Program-made: the position numbers and the translations under genes
Source of the DNA: an uncultured Gemmatimonadota bacterium
GTDB taxonomy: Bacteria; Gemmatimonadota; Gemmatimonadetes; Palauibacterales; Palauibacteraceae
Assembly: GCA_964607465.1 (NCBI GenBank)
Contig: CAZSKS010000002.1
Coordinates: forward strand, 31,657 to 90,943
Direction of reading: 5' to 3'
DNA length: 59,287 bases
Shown: positions 46,979 through 56,654 of the stretch, piece by piece
Position numbering within the stretch: the stretch's first letter is position 1
How the letters are laid out: every line of letters starts with the position of its first letter
The notes under the pieces: generated by a model
What the model was told of the DNA's origin: nothing
Databases searched by the model: none
Seen by the model: the letters and a program-made list of their open reading frames with translations, nothing else

Positions 46979-49165
46979 CTACAGCACCCCCCGGAACCTG
47001 GGGTGCGCCGAGACCACCCATTCCCACCGGCCGCCGTCCAGCCCGCGGATGAAATCGGCCCTCAGGATCCCGTCCAGGAGACCGACCCCCAGGCCGACGG
47101 AGGGACGGACGCCACCGGTGCCGGCCAGCGTCCCGCCCTCGGGCCCGCCGAAGCGGGCGGCGGCCCCGGCGCCCGGGCCGGCCACCTCGGCCCAGCCTGC
47201 GGCGGCCACGGCTCGGAGGGCGACCCACGGCCCGGCGATCTCGCGGAAAGCCTCCAGGCCGAGCCAGGCCGCACGGTCCCCGCCCCAGCGACGGAATGCG
47301 TAGCCCGGGACCGACCCCCGGCCGCCGAGCAGGAGCAGGCGCTGGGGCGGGAGATCGCCGCCGGCGATCCCGAGGCCGCTCTCCAGCCGCCAGCCCCACG
47401 GGCCGCCCCCCGTCCCGGTCTGCGCCTCCACCCGCCCGAGCAGCCGTGTCCACCCTCCGACCTGGCCGGCGGCCGCCTGTCCGGTGAGGGACGCCCGCCA
47501 GCCGAGGCCCAGGGCGTCCCCGAGGGGGACGGACCAGCCGAGGGTGGCCCGGGCCTCGTCCCCGTCGGCCACCGGCCGGACGGCCCGTGCCGCGTCGCCG
47601 TCGGGGGGGAGGGCCACCAGGCGTGCGGACCGGTGCTCCTCCAGCGCCAGCCCGACCCGGAGCGTTCCGCTTCCCGCCGGCGCCCGCCAGTCGGCCGCGG
47701 CGCCGGAGCGCAGCCAGGGATCGGTGTAGTCCTCGCCGGAGAGGAGGAAGCCGAGGCTGGAGACGACCCCGGAGGCGCCGGGCCACGGCCCCACGTCGGT
47801 GAAGCGGTCCCCGTAGGCCCGCAGGGCGATCCGGCCACCGGCCACCGGCCCGTGCCAGGCGGCGCTCCATTCCATCCCCCCCACCTCGAACGGGTGGCCG
47901 ACCCAGGCCTCCAGCCGCCGGGCGTCGTCCAGCCGAACGCGCCCACCGGCGCCCGCCAGGGCCCCCTCGGCCCGGCGCACCCGCAGCACCCGCGAGACCG
48001 CCGGCATCGCCGGGCCCAGCCGGGGGGTGCCCGAGAGGTGGCGGTCGCGGACGATCCGGCGGGCCGCCCGGCGGACGGCGGACAGCTCCAGTCGCCCCGC
48101 CTCGCCGGCGAGGAGGGGCCCGTCGTACAGCCCTCCCTCCCAATCGTCGAAGGCGGCCAGCGCACGCTCCGGCCGGCGGACCACCCGCCCCCCCGGCGGC
48201 AGGGCGGAGGGGACGTCCGCGTTGATCTCCATGTCGCGGATACGGAGACGGGTGCGGATCACGCCGGTCAGCGGCACCGCCAGCCAGCGGACCTGCCGTC
48301 GGATCTCCGTCGTCTGCTCCGCCGGCAGCCACCACCGTCCGCGGTAGAGGGCCGACTGGAGGTCCACCTCGATGCGCTCGAGCCTGGGGTCGAGGTAGGC
48401 GGCCGGCGTGAAGGTGAACCGCATGCGGGCCACGGCCCGGCTCTCGCGCACCACCCGGAGCTCCCCCACCACGCCGGGGCTGTCGTGATCCCGGGGCCGC
48501 ACCTGGACCTCGTACAGCCGGATCTCGCGGTCGGCCACCCTCATCCCGAGGGAGTCGGCCATGCGGTACTCGTAGAACTCCAGGGCCCCGGGCGCCGCGG
48601 GGTGGAGCACGTCGCGCACCTCGGTACCCTCGCCCATGCGGATGCGATCGCCGAAGTTCCCCATGGCCAGGACGAGGTGGTCGATGTGGTACCGGATCGA
48701 GGTGGGCAGCCGCTTCTCGGAGCGGCGCCCCACCATCGTCTGTCGCCAGCGGTCGGGGGCCCGCCAGGCGACCTCCAGGGCGACCTGGTCGGCGCGGACC
48801 ACCTGACGCTCTCCGGGCGCGAGCCCGTCCGTCGACAGCTCCGAGTCCGCCCCGATCCCTCCCAGGTAATAGACGTGCCCCTGCGCCCGAGCGCGGAAGC
48901 TGTGGAGGGCGGTGTCGGAGTAGGCGTGGCGGCGCGCCTCGATCACCGAGGCCATGAGCTCCCGGACGCGCGGCGCGTCCCAGGCCGCCTCGACGGTGTC
49001 CGGCGTGGCGGCCTGCGCCGGGAGCCCGGCGGGCGACAGCGCCAGCAGCAGCAGCGCGACCGTCAGCGCCGAACCGGCCAGCGCCGTCCCGGTCGGGACC
49101 GGACGCGCGGAGGCGGACGGGCGGGCGGGCGTCGGGACGGGAGATCGATCCTGGGGTCGGGTCAC
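46979..49165 (-). CDS. Large exported protein, probable outer-membrane beta-barrel C-terminus
   Basis: Signal peptide (ALLLLALSPAGLPAQA), alternating beta strands, LGGRGSVPGY motif reminiscent of Omp85-type barrels; start uncertain. Confidence 0.6.
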   Translation of the reverse strand: MTRPQDRSPVPTPARPSASARPVPTGTALAGSALTVALLLLALSPAGLPAQAATPDTVEAAWDAPRVRELMASVIEARRHAYSDTALHSFRARAQGHVYYLGGIGADSELSTDGLAPGERQVVRADQVALEVAWRAPDRWRQTMVGRRSEKRLPTSIRYHIDHLVLAMGNFGDRIRMGEGTEVRDVLHPAAPGALEFYEYRMADSLGMRVADREIRLYEVQVRPRDHDSPGVVGELRVVRESRAVARMRFTFTPAAYLDPRLERIEVDLQSALYRGRWWLPAEQTTEIRRQVRWLAVPLTGVIRTRLRIRDMEINADVPSALPPGGRVVRRPERALAAFDDWEGGLYDGPLLAGEAGRLELSAVRRAARRIVRDRHLSGTPRLGPAMPAVSRVLRVRRAEGALAGAGGRVRLDDARRLEAWVGHPFEVGGMEWSAAWHGPVAGGRIALRAYGDRFTDVGPWPGASGVVSSLGFLLSGEDYTDPWLRSGAAADWRAPAGSGTLRVGLALEEHRSARLVALPPDGDAARAVRPVADGDEARATLGWSVPLGDALGLGWRASLTGQAAAGQVGGWTRLLGRVEAQTGTGGGPWGWRLESGLGIAGGDLPPQRLLLLGGRGSVPGYAFRRWGGDRAAWLGLEAFREIAGPWVALRAVAAAGWAEVAGPGAGAAARFGGPEGGTLAGTGGVRPSVGLGVGLLDGILRADFIRGLDGGRWEWVVSAHPRFRGVL

Positions 49166-49227
49166 GGGGGAGGGTACGCGCCAGCGCCTCGGCGCGTTCC
49201 CGACGGGCGCCGGTCGGGTCGGCCCGG

Positions 49228-50523
49228 CTAGCCCGCCAGGGGGAGGTACAGGGTGAAGACCGAGCCCCCGGCGTCCGCCGCCGCCGCCAGGTCGCCTCCC
49301 TGTCGGCGGGCCAGCCGGCGGGAGATGGCCAGGCCCAGGCCGGGCCCCTCGTGGCTGCGGTCGAGGACCCGGGAGACCTGTTGGAAGGGCTCGAAGACCC
49401 GCTCGCGCTCCTCCTCGGGGATTCCGGCTCCGGTATCCCGGACCGAGACGGCCAGGAACGGTCGCCGGGCCGGCAGGTCGGCGCCGGACTCCCGCTCGGG
49501 GTCGCTCACCCGCCGGGTCTCCAGGGAGATCTCTCCCCGCTCGCCGAACTTGATGGCGTTGGTGACCAGTTGCATGAGGATCTGGCGGGTCCGGTCCGGA
49601 TCGCCGTCCACCAGGCCCGGCGATCCGTCGCCGTGGCGGATCACCGTCTCCCGCTCGGACTCCGCCAGGAGCGCCTCCGTCGTCTCGGCCACCTCCCGCA
49701 GCAGCTCGTCCACGCGGAAGGAGACGATCTCCAGCTCCAGCTCCTCCGCCTCGAGCCGGGCGAAGTCGATGAGGTCGTTGATGAGGGAGAGGAGGCCGCG
49801 GCCCGCCCGCACCGATCGCTCGACCGAGTCGCGCTGGTCCTCCGTGAGCTCGCCCTGGACCCCCCGCTCCAGCAGGGAGAGCTGGCTGAGGATCACGTTC
49901 AGCGGCGTCCGCAGCTCGTGGCTCACCAGGGCCAGGAGCCGCGACTGCGTCTCCAGCTCCGAGCGCAGCAGCCGGTTGGCGCGCTCCACGCTGCGGATGC
50001 GGGTGAGCTCGGTGATGAACCAGATGAAGCGCCGACGCCCGCCGGAGAGCGGGGTGCTGACCCCCCGCAGGAGCACGGGACGGCTGGCCCCGGAGGGCTC
50101 CACGAGGCTGGCCTCGGTCCGGGCGCAGCTGACACGGGCCAGCATCCCGCGCAGCTCCTCGAAGTCCGGGAGGCCGATGGCGCCGAGGATCCGGTCGGCG
50201 GGCTCGCCGGCCACCTCCTCCGGATCGGCCCCCGCCAGGGAGGCCAGGCGACGGCTGGCGAAGGTGGTACGGCCGTCCTCGTCGGCCACCAGGACCTCGT
50301 CGCGCGTCCCCTCCAGCAGGGCCCGGCACAGGGCCGCGGCGTCCTCCAGCCGCGGGGCCGCGCCCTCGGCGCTCCAGGCGGGGGGCTGGTCGCGCTCGGC
50401 GGCGTAGGGCTCGAGGACGCACCCCAGCTCCCTCGCCCGCTCCTCGAGTTCCGCGCGGGCCCCGGCGTCGGGCGCCCGCAGGATCATGAGGTCCGAGCTG
50501 TCGGTCCGGGGGCTCTGGGACAT
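49228..50523 (-). CDS. PAS-domain sensor histidine kinase
   Basis: SHELRTPL H-box, LVTNAIKF, DTGAGI, GPGLGLAIS. Confidence 0.92.
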   Translation of the reverse strand: MSQSPRTDSSDLMILRAPDAGARAELEERARELGCVLEPYAAERDQPPAWSAEGAAPRLEDAAALCRALLEGTRDEVLVADEDGRTTFASRRLASLAGADPEEVAGEPADRILGAIGLPDFEELRGMLARVSCARTEASLVEPSGASRPVLLRGVSTPLSGGRRRFIWFITELTRIRSVERANRLLRSELETQSRLLALVSHELRTPLNVILSQLSLLERGVQGELTEDQRDSVERSVRAGRGLLSLINDLIDFARLEAEELELEIVSFRVDELLREVAETTEALLAESERETVIRHGDGSPGLVDGDPDRTRQILMQLVTNAIKFGERGEISLETRRVSDPERESGADLPARRPFLAVSVRDTGAGIPEEERERVFEPFQQVSRVLDRSHEGPGLGLAISRRLARRQGGDLAAAADAGGSVFTLYLPLAG

Positions 50524-50614
50524 GGCTCGTGCCGGTGGGGGTCGTGCTACGGCTCGCCCCTATGCGGGGCAAAAGGCAGGCCACAGGGGGGGAAGCGGGG
50601 CCAGGGCGGCCGCC

Positions 50615-51010
50615 TCAGACGCCGGGAAAGAGCTCCTCCTGCTCCTCGGAGGGGTCCGGCCCGCCCACCATGTCGGAGAGGCGGTCGATCCAGGCCTGCA
50701 CGTCCATGTTCTCCTCGTTCCGGAGCATCCTCCGGATCACCGGCGACAGGCTGCGCAGTCGCTCGAGGAGGTCCTCCACTCCCTCCCGGAGCTCGTCGAC
50801 GTCGGCCGCTCCGCGCTCACGGCCCATGTCGCCCAGGATCGCCTCCTCGGTCCGGGAGGCGACGACCGGCTCCTCCCGGGTGGCCACGTAGACCTCGGTC
50901 CGGCGGCCGGGCCCCCTGTCCTCCGAGATGGGGAGGAGCCCGACGATCTCGTCCGAGCGCCAGTACCTCGCATAGCCGAGGTGGACCATCCGGTCGCGCT
51001 TGATCTCCAC
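50615..51010 (-). CDS. Hypothetical protein, possibly RemA/DUF370-like
   Basis: GGAGG before GTG 51010; MVHLGYARY...GRRTEVYV resembles RemA N-terminal and GRRT segments. Confidence 0.5.
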   Translation of the reverse strand: MEIKRDRMVHLGYARYWRSDEIVGLLPISEDRGPGRRTEVYVATREEPVVASRTEEAILGDMGRERGAADVDELREGVEDLLERLRSLSPVIRRMLRNEENMDVQAWIDRLSDMVGGPDPSEEQEELFPGV

Positions 51011-51189
51011 GGGACCTCCCTCCCTGGGCTGTGGGGGACGACGGCTCCGGCGCCACGTCCGCCCCCGGCGGGGACGCCTCCTCGGGCCCCGCCGGGACAC
51101 GTCGTCGGCGTGCCGCACCGGCGGTGCGGACCGACGCCACGCCACGCTGGACAGTATGCGGAATCACCGGTGCGGTCGGAAGGCCCGAC

Positions 51190-51423
51190 CTGCGGGAGCC
51201 GGCCGACCTCCTGGTGATTCCCGAGCTCTCGGCGACCGACACCGGATACGAGCTGCTGTCGCGCCCGGGTGGCGCGGAAGCTATCGGCCCCGTGCTACTC
51301 GGAACCGAAGAGCCGGTGCACATATTGCAGCGCGGTGCCACGGTGGCGGAGATCGTGAGCCTGGCTTCCATCACCGTGGTGGACGCCGAGATCCGCCGTC
51401 GCCAGGCCGCGCTGGACCTGTGA
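51190..51423 (+). pseudogene. Remnant of a phosphotransacetylase-like C-terminus (MaeB/Pta)
   Basis: ADLLVIPEL...GGAEAIGPVLLG..EPVHILQRGATVAEIVSLASITVVDA matches the end of MaeB; remainder of the gene absent. Confidence 0.7.
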
Positions 51424-51520
51424 GGGTCGATGGGAAACCTTATGGGGGTCCGCGGCGCGCCTGCCGTTCGCGACCTGGCCCCGCGATCGGCCTCATCGTC
51501 CGACGACCGACGGGAGAACC

Positions 51521-53044
51521 GTGATCATAGCCACCGACGCACCGCCCCGAGCTCGCCGCATCCTGGACAACCCCGGCCGCGAGGAGCTCCGGGAGCTGGC
51601 AGGGGAGGACGAGCGGACCACCGAGTTCGGGAGCGCCGCCTACGTGAGCGAGCACCGGGCCCGGAGCGCCGCGGACACGCGCACCACCGTGGACGACGAG
51701 GTGACCGAGGAGGACCTGGAGCGGATCGAGGAGGCCCGGCGCTTCCTGGAGGACCGGGAGCTGATCTGCGTGGACCGCCGGATGGGCGAGGGGAGCGGGT
51801 TCGGCGCCCTCCACTGCCGCCTCTACGTGACCAGGTCCTTCGCCCGGCTGGGGAACATGTTCCACGCCAGCCTCGAGCCGGCGGGCGATCCGGAGGGGGA
51901 GCCCCACTTCGTCACGGTGGACGTCCCCGAGTGGCCGCACGGCAAGCACATCCTGGTGGACCCCGACAGCGGCACCACCTACGTGCTGGGCTCCGACTAC
52001 TTCGGTGAGATCAAGAAGTCGTTCCTCCGCCAGGCCATGTACCACGCCAAGAAGCGCGGATGGCTGGGCCTCCACGCCGGCAGCAAGGTCGTGCGGGCCC
52101 GGAGCGCGCGGGACGACCGGCTGCGCGAGAAGGGGCTCCTCTTCTTCGGCCTCTCGGGGACCGGGAAGACGAGCCTCACCTGCCACGACTTCGACCTGGA
52201 CCTGGAAGGGGGCGAGCACGTCCGGGTCCGGCAGGACGACGTGGTGCTGCTGGACCGTCAGGCCTACTGCAAGGGCACCGAGGGCGGCGGCTTCTACATC
52301 AAGACCGACGGTTTGGATCCCGAGGACCAGAAGGCCCTCTACGACGCGGCCATCAGCCCCCGGGCCATCCTGGAGAACGTGTGGGTGGAGGACGACGGGC
52401 GGGTGGACTTCCACGACTCCCGGCTGACCAGCAACGGTCGGGCGGTGGTGCCCATCGACGAGGTCCTCAACACGGACGACACCATCGACGTGGACGGCAT
52501 CACCCACGTCTTCTTCATCACCCGCAATCCCCTGGTGCCGGCGGTGGCGCGCCTGACGCCCTCGCAGGCCGCGGTGGCCTTCATGCTGGGCGAATCCATC
52601 AAGACGTCCGCCGCCGACCCGGACGCCCGGGGCGAGCCGGTGCGCTCGGTGGGCACCAACCCCTTCATCGTGGGCCCGAAGGGACGCGAGGGGGAGATCT
52701 TCCACGAGATCCTCGCCGAGAACCCCGATCTCCACTGCTACCTGCTGAACACGGGACGGATCGGCGAGGGGGAGGGGGCCGAGACGATCCGGCTGCCCGA
52801 CACCGTCGCCATCCTCCGGGCCCTGTGCCGGGAGCAGGTGACCTGGGAGGACGACCCGGCGTCGGGGCTGGAGATCCCCGAGGCGGGCACCGTGCCGGGG
52901 GTGACCGACAGCAGGTTCCGGCTGGCCGAGCACTACGGGGAGGCGGAGCTGGCCGAGCGGATGGAGGAGCTCCGCGGGGAGCGGCGCGCGTGGCTCGACC
53001 GCTTCCCGAAGTTCCCCGAGGAGCTCCGGCGGGCCGTCTACTGA
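51521..53044 (+). CDS. pckA: Phosphoenolpyruvate carboxykinase (ATP)
   Basis: YFGEIKKS, LHAG, FFGLSGTGKTSL, QDD, EGGGFYIKT, LLNTG. Confidence 0.9.
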   Translation: MIIATDAPPRARRILDNPGREELRELAGEDERTTEFGSAAYVSEHRARSAADTRTTVDDEVTEEDLERIEEARRFLEDRELICVDRRMGEGSGFGALHCRLYVTRSFARLGNMFHASLEPAGDPEGEPHFVTVDVPEWPHGKHILVDPDSGTTYVLGSDYFGEIKKSFLRQAMYHAKKRGWLGLHAGSKVVRARSARDDRLREKGLLFFGLSGTGKTSLTCHDFDLDLEGGEHVRVRQDDVVLLDRQAYCKGTEGGGFYIKTDGLDPEDQKALYDAAISPRAILENVWVEDDGRVDFHDSRLTSNGRAVVPIDEVLNTDDTIDVDGITHVFFITRNPLVPAVARLTPSQAAVAFMLGESIKTSAADPDARGEPVRSVGTNPFIVGPKGREGEIFHEILAENPDLHCYLLNTGRIGEGEGAETIRLPDTVAILRALCREQVTWEDDPASGLEIPEAGTVPGVTDSRFRLAEHYGEAELAERMEELRGERRAWLDRFPKFPEELRRAVY

Positions 53045-53117
53045 GCCCGGCTCACACCCTGCTCCGGAGCTCGTCGGCGATCCGGCGCTCCAGCCGACGT
53101 CTGCGGCGGGGGCGACG

Positions 53118-54608
53118 ATGACCCGATCCGCCGGTGGTCGCCCCCGGACGGTCCGGGACCCCCTGTGGCACAACATCCGGCTGGAGGCCGAGGCGGCGGC
53201 GGTGGTGGACACCCCCGAGTTCCAGCGCCTCCGCCGCGTGAAGCAGCTGGGCTTCGCGCACCTGGTCTACCCCGGGGCCGTGCACACCCGCTTCCTCCAC
53301 GCCCTGGGAGTCTACCACCTGACACGCCGGGCGCTGGAGGAGCTGGAGCGTCGGGGCTCGCTGGCGCCGCTGGCGCCGCCGGACCGGGAGCTCCTCCCCC
53401 TGATCCCCCTGGCGGCACTCCTCCACGACGTCGGCCACTACGCCTTCTCCCACGCCATGGAGGAGGTGGAGCCCGACTCCCTTCCGGGCCACCACGAGGA
53501 GCTGGCCGACCGATTCCTCCGCTCCGACGCCATCCGCGCGGCCCTGGAGGAGGTCCATCCTGACGGGCCGGCCCGGGCGGGGGAGCTGATCCGGGGCCGG
53601 TCGGACCATCCGCTCCAGGGGCTGGTGTCGGGCTCGCTGGACCTGGACAAGATCGACTACCTCCGTCGGGACGCGTTCTTCTGCGGCGTGCCCTACGGGG
53701 CCGTCGACGTGGACAGGCTGCTGGACGCCCTCACCCTGGCCCGGCAGGCGCCGGACGCCCCCCTGGAGGTGGCGGTCACCGAGAAGGGGATCACGGCGCT
53801 CGAGTCCCTCCTGTTCTCCAAGTACCAGATGTTCCGCAACGTCTACTGGCACCACACCGTCCGGGCGGCCACCTCGGCCTTCCGTCGCCTGGTGGAGAGC
53901 GCGGTGCACGCGGGCCTGCTGGGACGGGAGGAGCTGCCCGGCCGCACCGACGAGGAGCTGATGAGCCTGCTGGCGCACCGGAGCGGCGACATGGAGTCCG
54001 GGGGCGGACGGCCGGCGGGCGCCCGGCCAGCGGGAGACGCGGCCGGCGGCCGAAGCGCGGACGCCGACGCCGGGGCGGGCGGGGCCGGGTCCGACGGGGC
54101 GGCCGGGTCTGACGCCGCCGGCCCGCCCCGGGCCGCCGGTTCCGACGCCGCTCCCATGGACCGGGTGCGGCTCCTCCACACCGCCCTGGTGGACCGGCGG
54201 CTCCCCAAGCGGAGCGTGGAGATCTTCGGCGACGAGATCCCCGACGGCATGGGGCGGTGGATGCAGACCGAGCCGGCGCTGGTGCGTCGGCTGGAGGACC
54301 GGCTGGCCCGCGAGTGGGGCGCCGGCGCCGTGCTGGTGGATTACCCCGCCTACCCGAAGATGCTGGAGCTGGACCTCCTGCTGGTCCGCCGGGACGGCGA
54401 CGTCCAGCGGCTGACCTCCGCCGGGGAGGAGGGGCTGATCGCCCTCCCGCGGCTCAGCCGCCGGCTGCACCACAGCGCCCGGGTCTTCCGCGTCTACACC
54501 CTGCCCGGGCTGGGCCGGATGGCGCCCGGTCCGGTGGTGGAGCTGCTGGAGGCGCCGGCCGACGAGGTGGAGGCCCGGCTGGACGAGGGACGGGCGCTGT
54601 ACGGCTGA
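53118..54608 (+). CDS. HD-domain phosphohydrolase (SAMHD1/dNTPase-like)
   Basis: RDPLW, FQRLRRVKQLG, HTRFLHALG, LLHDVGH, DLDKIDYLRRD, VYWHHT. Confidence 0.9.
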   Translation: MTRSAGGRPRTVRDPLWHNIRLEAEAAAVVDTPEFQRLRRVKQLGFAHLVYPGAVHTRFLHALGVYHLTRRALEELERRGSLAPLAPPDRELLPLIPLAALLHDVGHYAFSHAMEEVEPDSLPGHHEELADRFLRSDAIRAALEEVHPDGPARAGELIRGRSDHPLQGLVSGSLDLDKIDYLRRDAFFCGVPYGAVDVDRLLDALTLARQAPDAPLEVAVTEKGITALESLLFSKYQMFRNVYWHHTVRAATSAFRRLVESAVHAGLLGREELPGRTDEELMSLLAHRSGDMESGGGRPAGARPAGDAAGGRSADADAGAGGAGSDGAAGSDAAGPPRAAGSDAAPMDRVRLLHTALVDRRLPKRSVEIFGDEIPDGMGRWMQTEPALVRRLEDRLAREWGAGAVLVDYPAYPKMLELDLLLVRRDGDVQRLTSAGEEGLIALPRLSRRLHHSARVFRVYTLPGLGRMAPGPVVELLEAPADEVEARLDEGRALYG

Positions 54609-54670
54609 CGGCCGGGACGACGCGCGGCGCCGGTCCCGTCGGTCCGATCGCCGCCGGACCGCGCCCGGGC

Positions 54671-55441
54671 TCAGCCCTCCCTCGCCGCCACCAGCGCGAC
54701 GGTCACGTTGTCCGGGGCGCCGCGCCGCTTCGCCTCCTCCACCAGCTCCCGCGCGGCGGCCTCGAGGTCTTCGTCGGCCCCCTCGCGGTCGTCCGGGCCC
54801 GTGTCCGCGGCGTCGCCCGCCCGCCCCACCCCACCGGCCGCCGGGGCCGCGAGGCCCGCCAGTCGCTCGGCCAGCTCCTCGTCGCCGAAGACCTTGTTCA
54901 GGCCGTCCGAGCAGAGCAGGAAGAGGTCGCCGTCGCGCAGCTCGCCCTGGTAGACGTCGGGTTCGGGGTCGTCGTCGGTGCCCAGCGCCCGGGTGAGCGT
55001 GTTCGATCCCGGGAAGACGGTATGGTCGACGGTGACCTGGTCCAGCTCACGGTCGCGGACGAGGTAGCCGCGGCTGTCGCCCACGTGGCCCACCGACCAG
55101 CGCCCGTCCCGGAGCAACAGCGCCGTGAGCGTGGTGCCCATGCCCCGCCGCTCCGGATCGCGGCGCCCCTCCTCGACGATGCGCCGCCCGGCCTCGGCGA
55201 CGGCGACCCGCATCGCCTCCCGGGCCTCCGCGGCGCCGGCCTCGGGGTCGAGGCCCGCCAGCCGCTCGCAGACGACCTCCACGGCCAGGGCGCTGGCGAC
55301 GTCGCCGGCGGGGTGGCCGCCCATGCCGTCGGCGACGACGAACAGTCGATCGCCGGGCTCGACTCTCACGGCGTCCTCGTTGCGGGAGCGCACCTGGCCG
55401 CGGTCGGTGAGGGCGGCGTGTCGGACGGAGAAGGAACCCAC
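54671..55441 (-). CDS. PP2C-family Ser/Thr protein phosphatase
   Basis: RSRNED, VADGMGG, GMGTT, HVGDSRGY, LCSDGL, DNVT. Confidence 0.93.
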   Translation of the reverse strand: MGSFSVRHAALTDRGQVRSRNEDAVRVEPGDRLFVVADGMGGHPAGDVASALAVEVVCERLAGLDPEAGAAEAREAMRVAVAEAGRRIVEEGRRDPERRGMGTTLTALLLRDGRWSVGHVGDSRGYLVRDRELDQVTVDHTVFPGSNTLTRALGTDDDPEPDVYQGELRDGDLFLLCSDGLNKVFGDEELAERLAGLAAPAAGGVGRAGDAADTGPDDREGADEDLEAAARELVEEAKRRGAPDNVTVALVAAREG

Positions 55442-55622
55442 GGGTGACCTCGCGCCTTGCACTGGAGGAGGCCCGGAGGCGGGCCGGACCGACGTCGACG
55501 GGCGCGCCGTCCCGGCACCGCACGGACCGGGCCCGTTTGCGGACGAGCGTCGCGGACGCCAGCGTATCGACCCCGGGGATGCACGAACCCCCGGACGCAC
55601 GAACCAGGGAGATGGAAAGGCC

Positions 55623-56654
55623 ATGCCGTCGGCGGATCTGCCCATAGCCGAGCCGTACGGATCGAACGCGGGCCCGGAGGCGCCGGACGCCCACGGCCCG
55701 GGGACCGGCGCCGGGGTGCGACCCTCACCCTCGTCCGGCGGGGCCGGGGTCCGGCCCGACCTGGCCGACGACGCCCCGGAGGTGGCGCTTCGCCACCTGG
55801 ACACCCTCTGGTTCCAGGTGGCCGGGACGGTCTGCAACCTCCGCTGCTCCCACTGCTTCATCAGCTGCTCGCCGGACAACCACGCCTTCGGCTTCCTGTC
55901 CCTGGACGAGGTGACGGGTTGGGTCGAGAAGGCCCGGGAATGGGGCGTGAAGGAGTACTACATGACCGGGGGCGAGCCCTTCATGAACCGGGACCTGCCG
56001 GCCATGGTCGAGGAGATCCTGGAGGTCGGCCCGGTCTCCATCCTCACCAACGGGACCCTCCTCCGGGATGACGATCTGGAGCGCATGGCGGCCGCCGACC
56101 GCTCGTCGATCTACTCGCTGGAGATCCGGGTCAGCATCGACGGCCCGAACGCCGAGATGAACGACGCCGTGCGGGGCGAGGGCACCTTCGAGCGGGCGAT
56201 GGACGGCGTGCGGAAGCTGCTGGACCACGGCTTCCTCCCCATCATCACCGCCACGCAGGTGTGGCCGGAGGAGGAGGACGAGCGGGTGCGCCGGGAGTTC
56301 CTGGACCGGCTCCGGGGGCTGGGCTACGACAGGCCGCGGATCAAGATCCTCCCGTCGCTGAAGATCGGCCGCGAGATCCTGCGGGACCGGGGCTACGACC
56401 CCCACGAGTGGGTGACGGCCCAGATGATGGAGGGCTACGACGAGGGCCAGCTCCTCTGCTCCCACAGCCGGATCGTCACCGACCGGGGCGTCCACGTCTG
56501 CCCGATCCTCATCGACGATCCGGACTCCCTCATGGGCGACACGCTGGAGGCGGCGCACCGGCCGTTCGAGCTGCGCCACCAGGCCTGCTACACCTGCTGG
56601 ATGCACGGGGCCATCTGCAGCAACTACGGCGGGGTGGGCGAGGATGCCTCCTGA
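55623..56654 (+). CDS. Radical SAM protein with Cys-rich C-terminus
   Basis: CNLRCSHC, TGGEP, TNG, SIDG; additional Cys LLC/VCP/CYTC/IC. Confidence 0.9.
   Translation: MPSADLPIAEPYGSNAGPEAPDAHGPGTGAGVRPSPSSGGAGVRPDLADDAPEVALRHLDTLWFQVAGTVCNLRCSHCFISCSPDNHAFGFLSLDEVTGWVEKAREWGVKEYYMTGGEPFMNRDLPAMVEEILEVGPVSILTNGTLLRDDDLERMAAADRSSIYSLEIRVSIDGPNAEMNDAVRGEGTFERAMDGVRKLLDHGFLPIITATQVWPEEEDERVRREFLDRLRGLGYDRPRIKILPSLKIGREILRDRGYDPHEWVTAQMMEGYDEGQLLCSHSRIVTDRGVHVCPILIDDPDSLMGDTLEAAHRPFELRHQACYTCWMHGAICSNYGGVGEDAS

Noticed and set aside
46979-50584. 1201-aa ORF as one protein
   Set aside because: Its 5' third overlaps the histidine kinase in another frame; a signal peptide appears only after ~49165.
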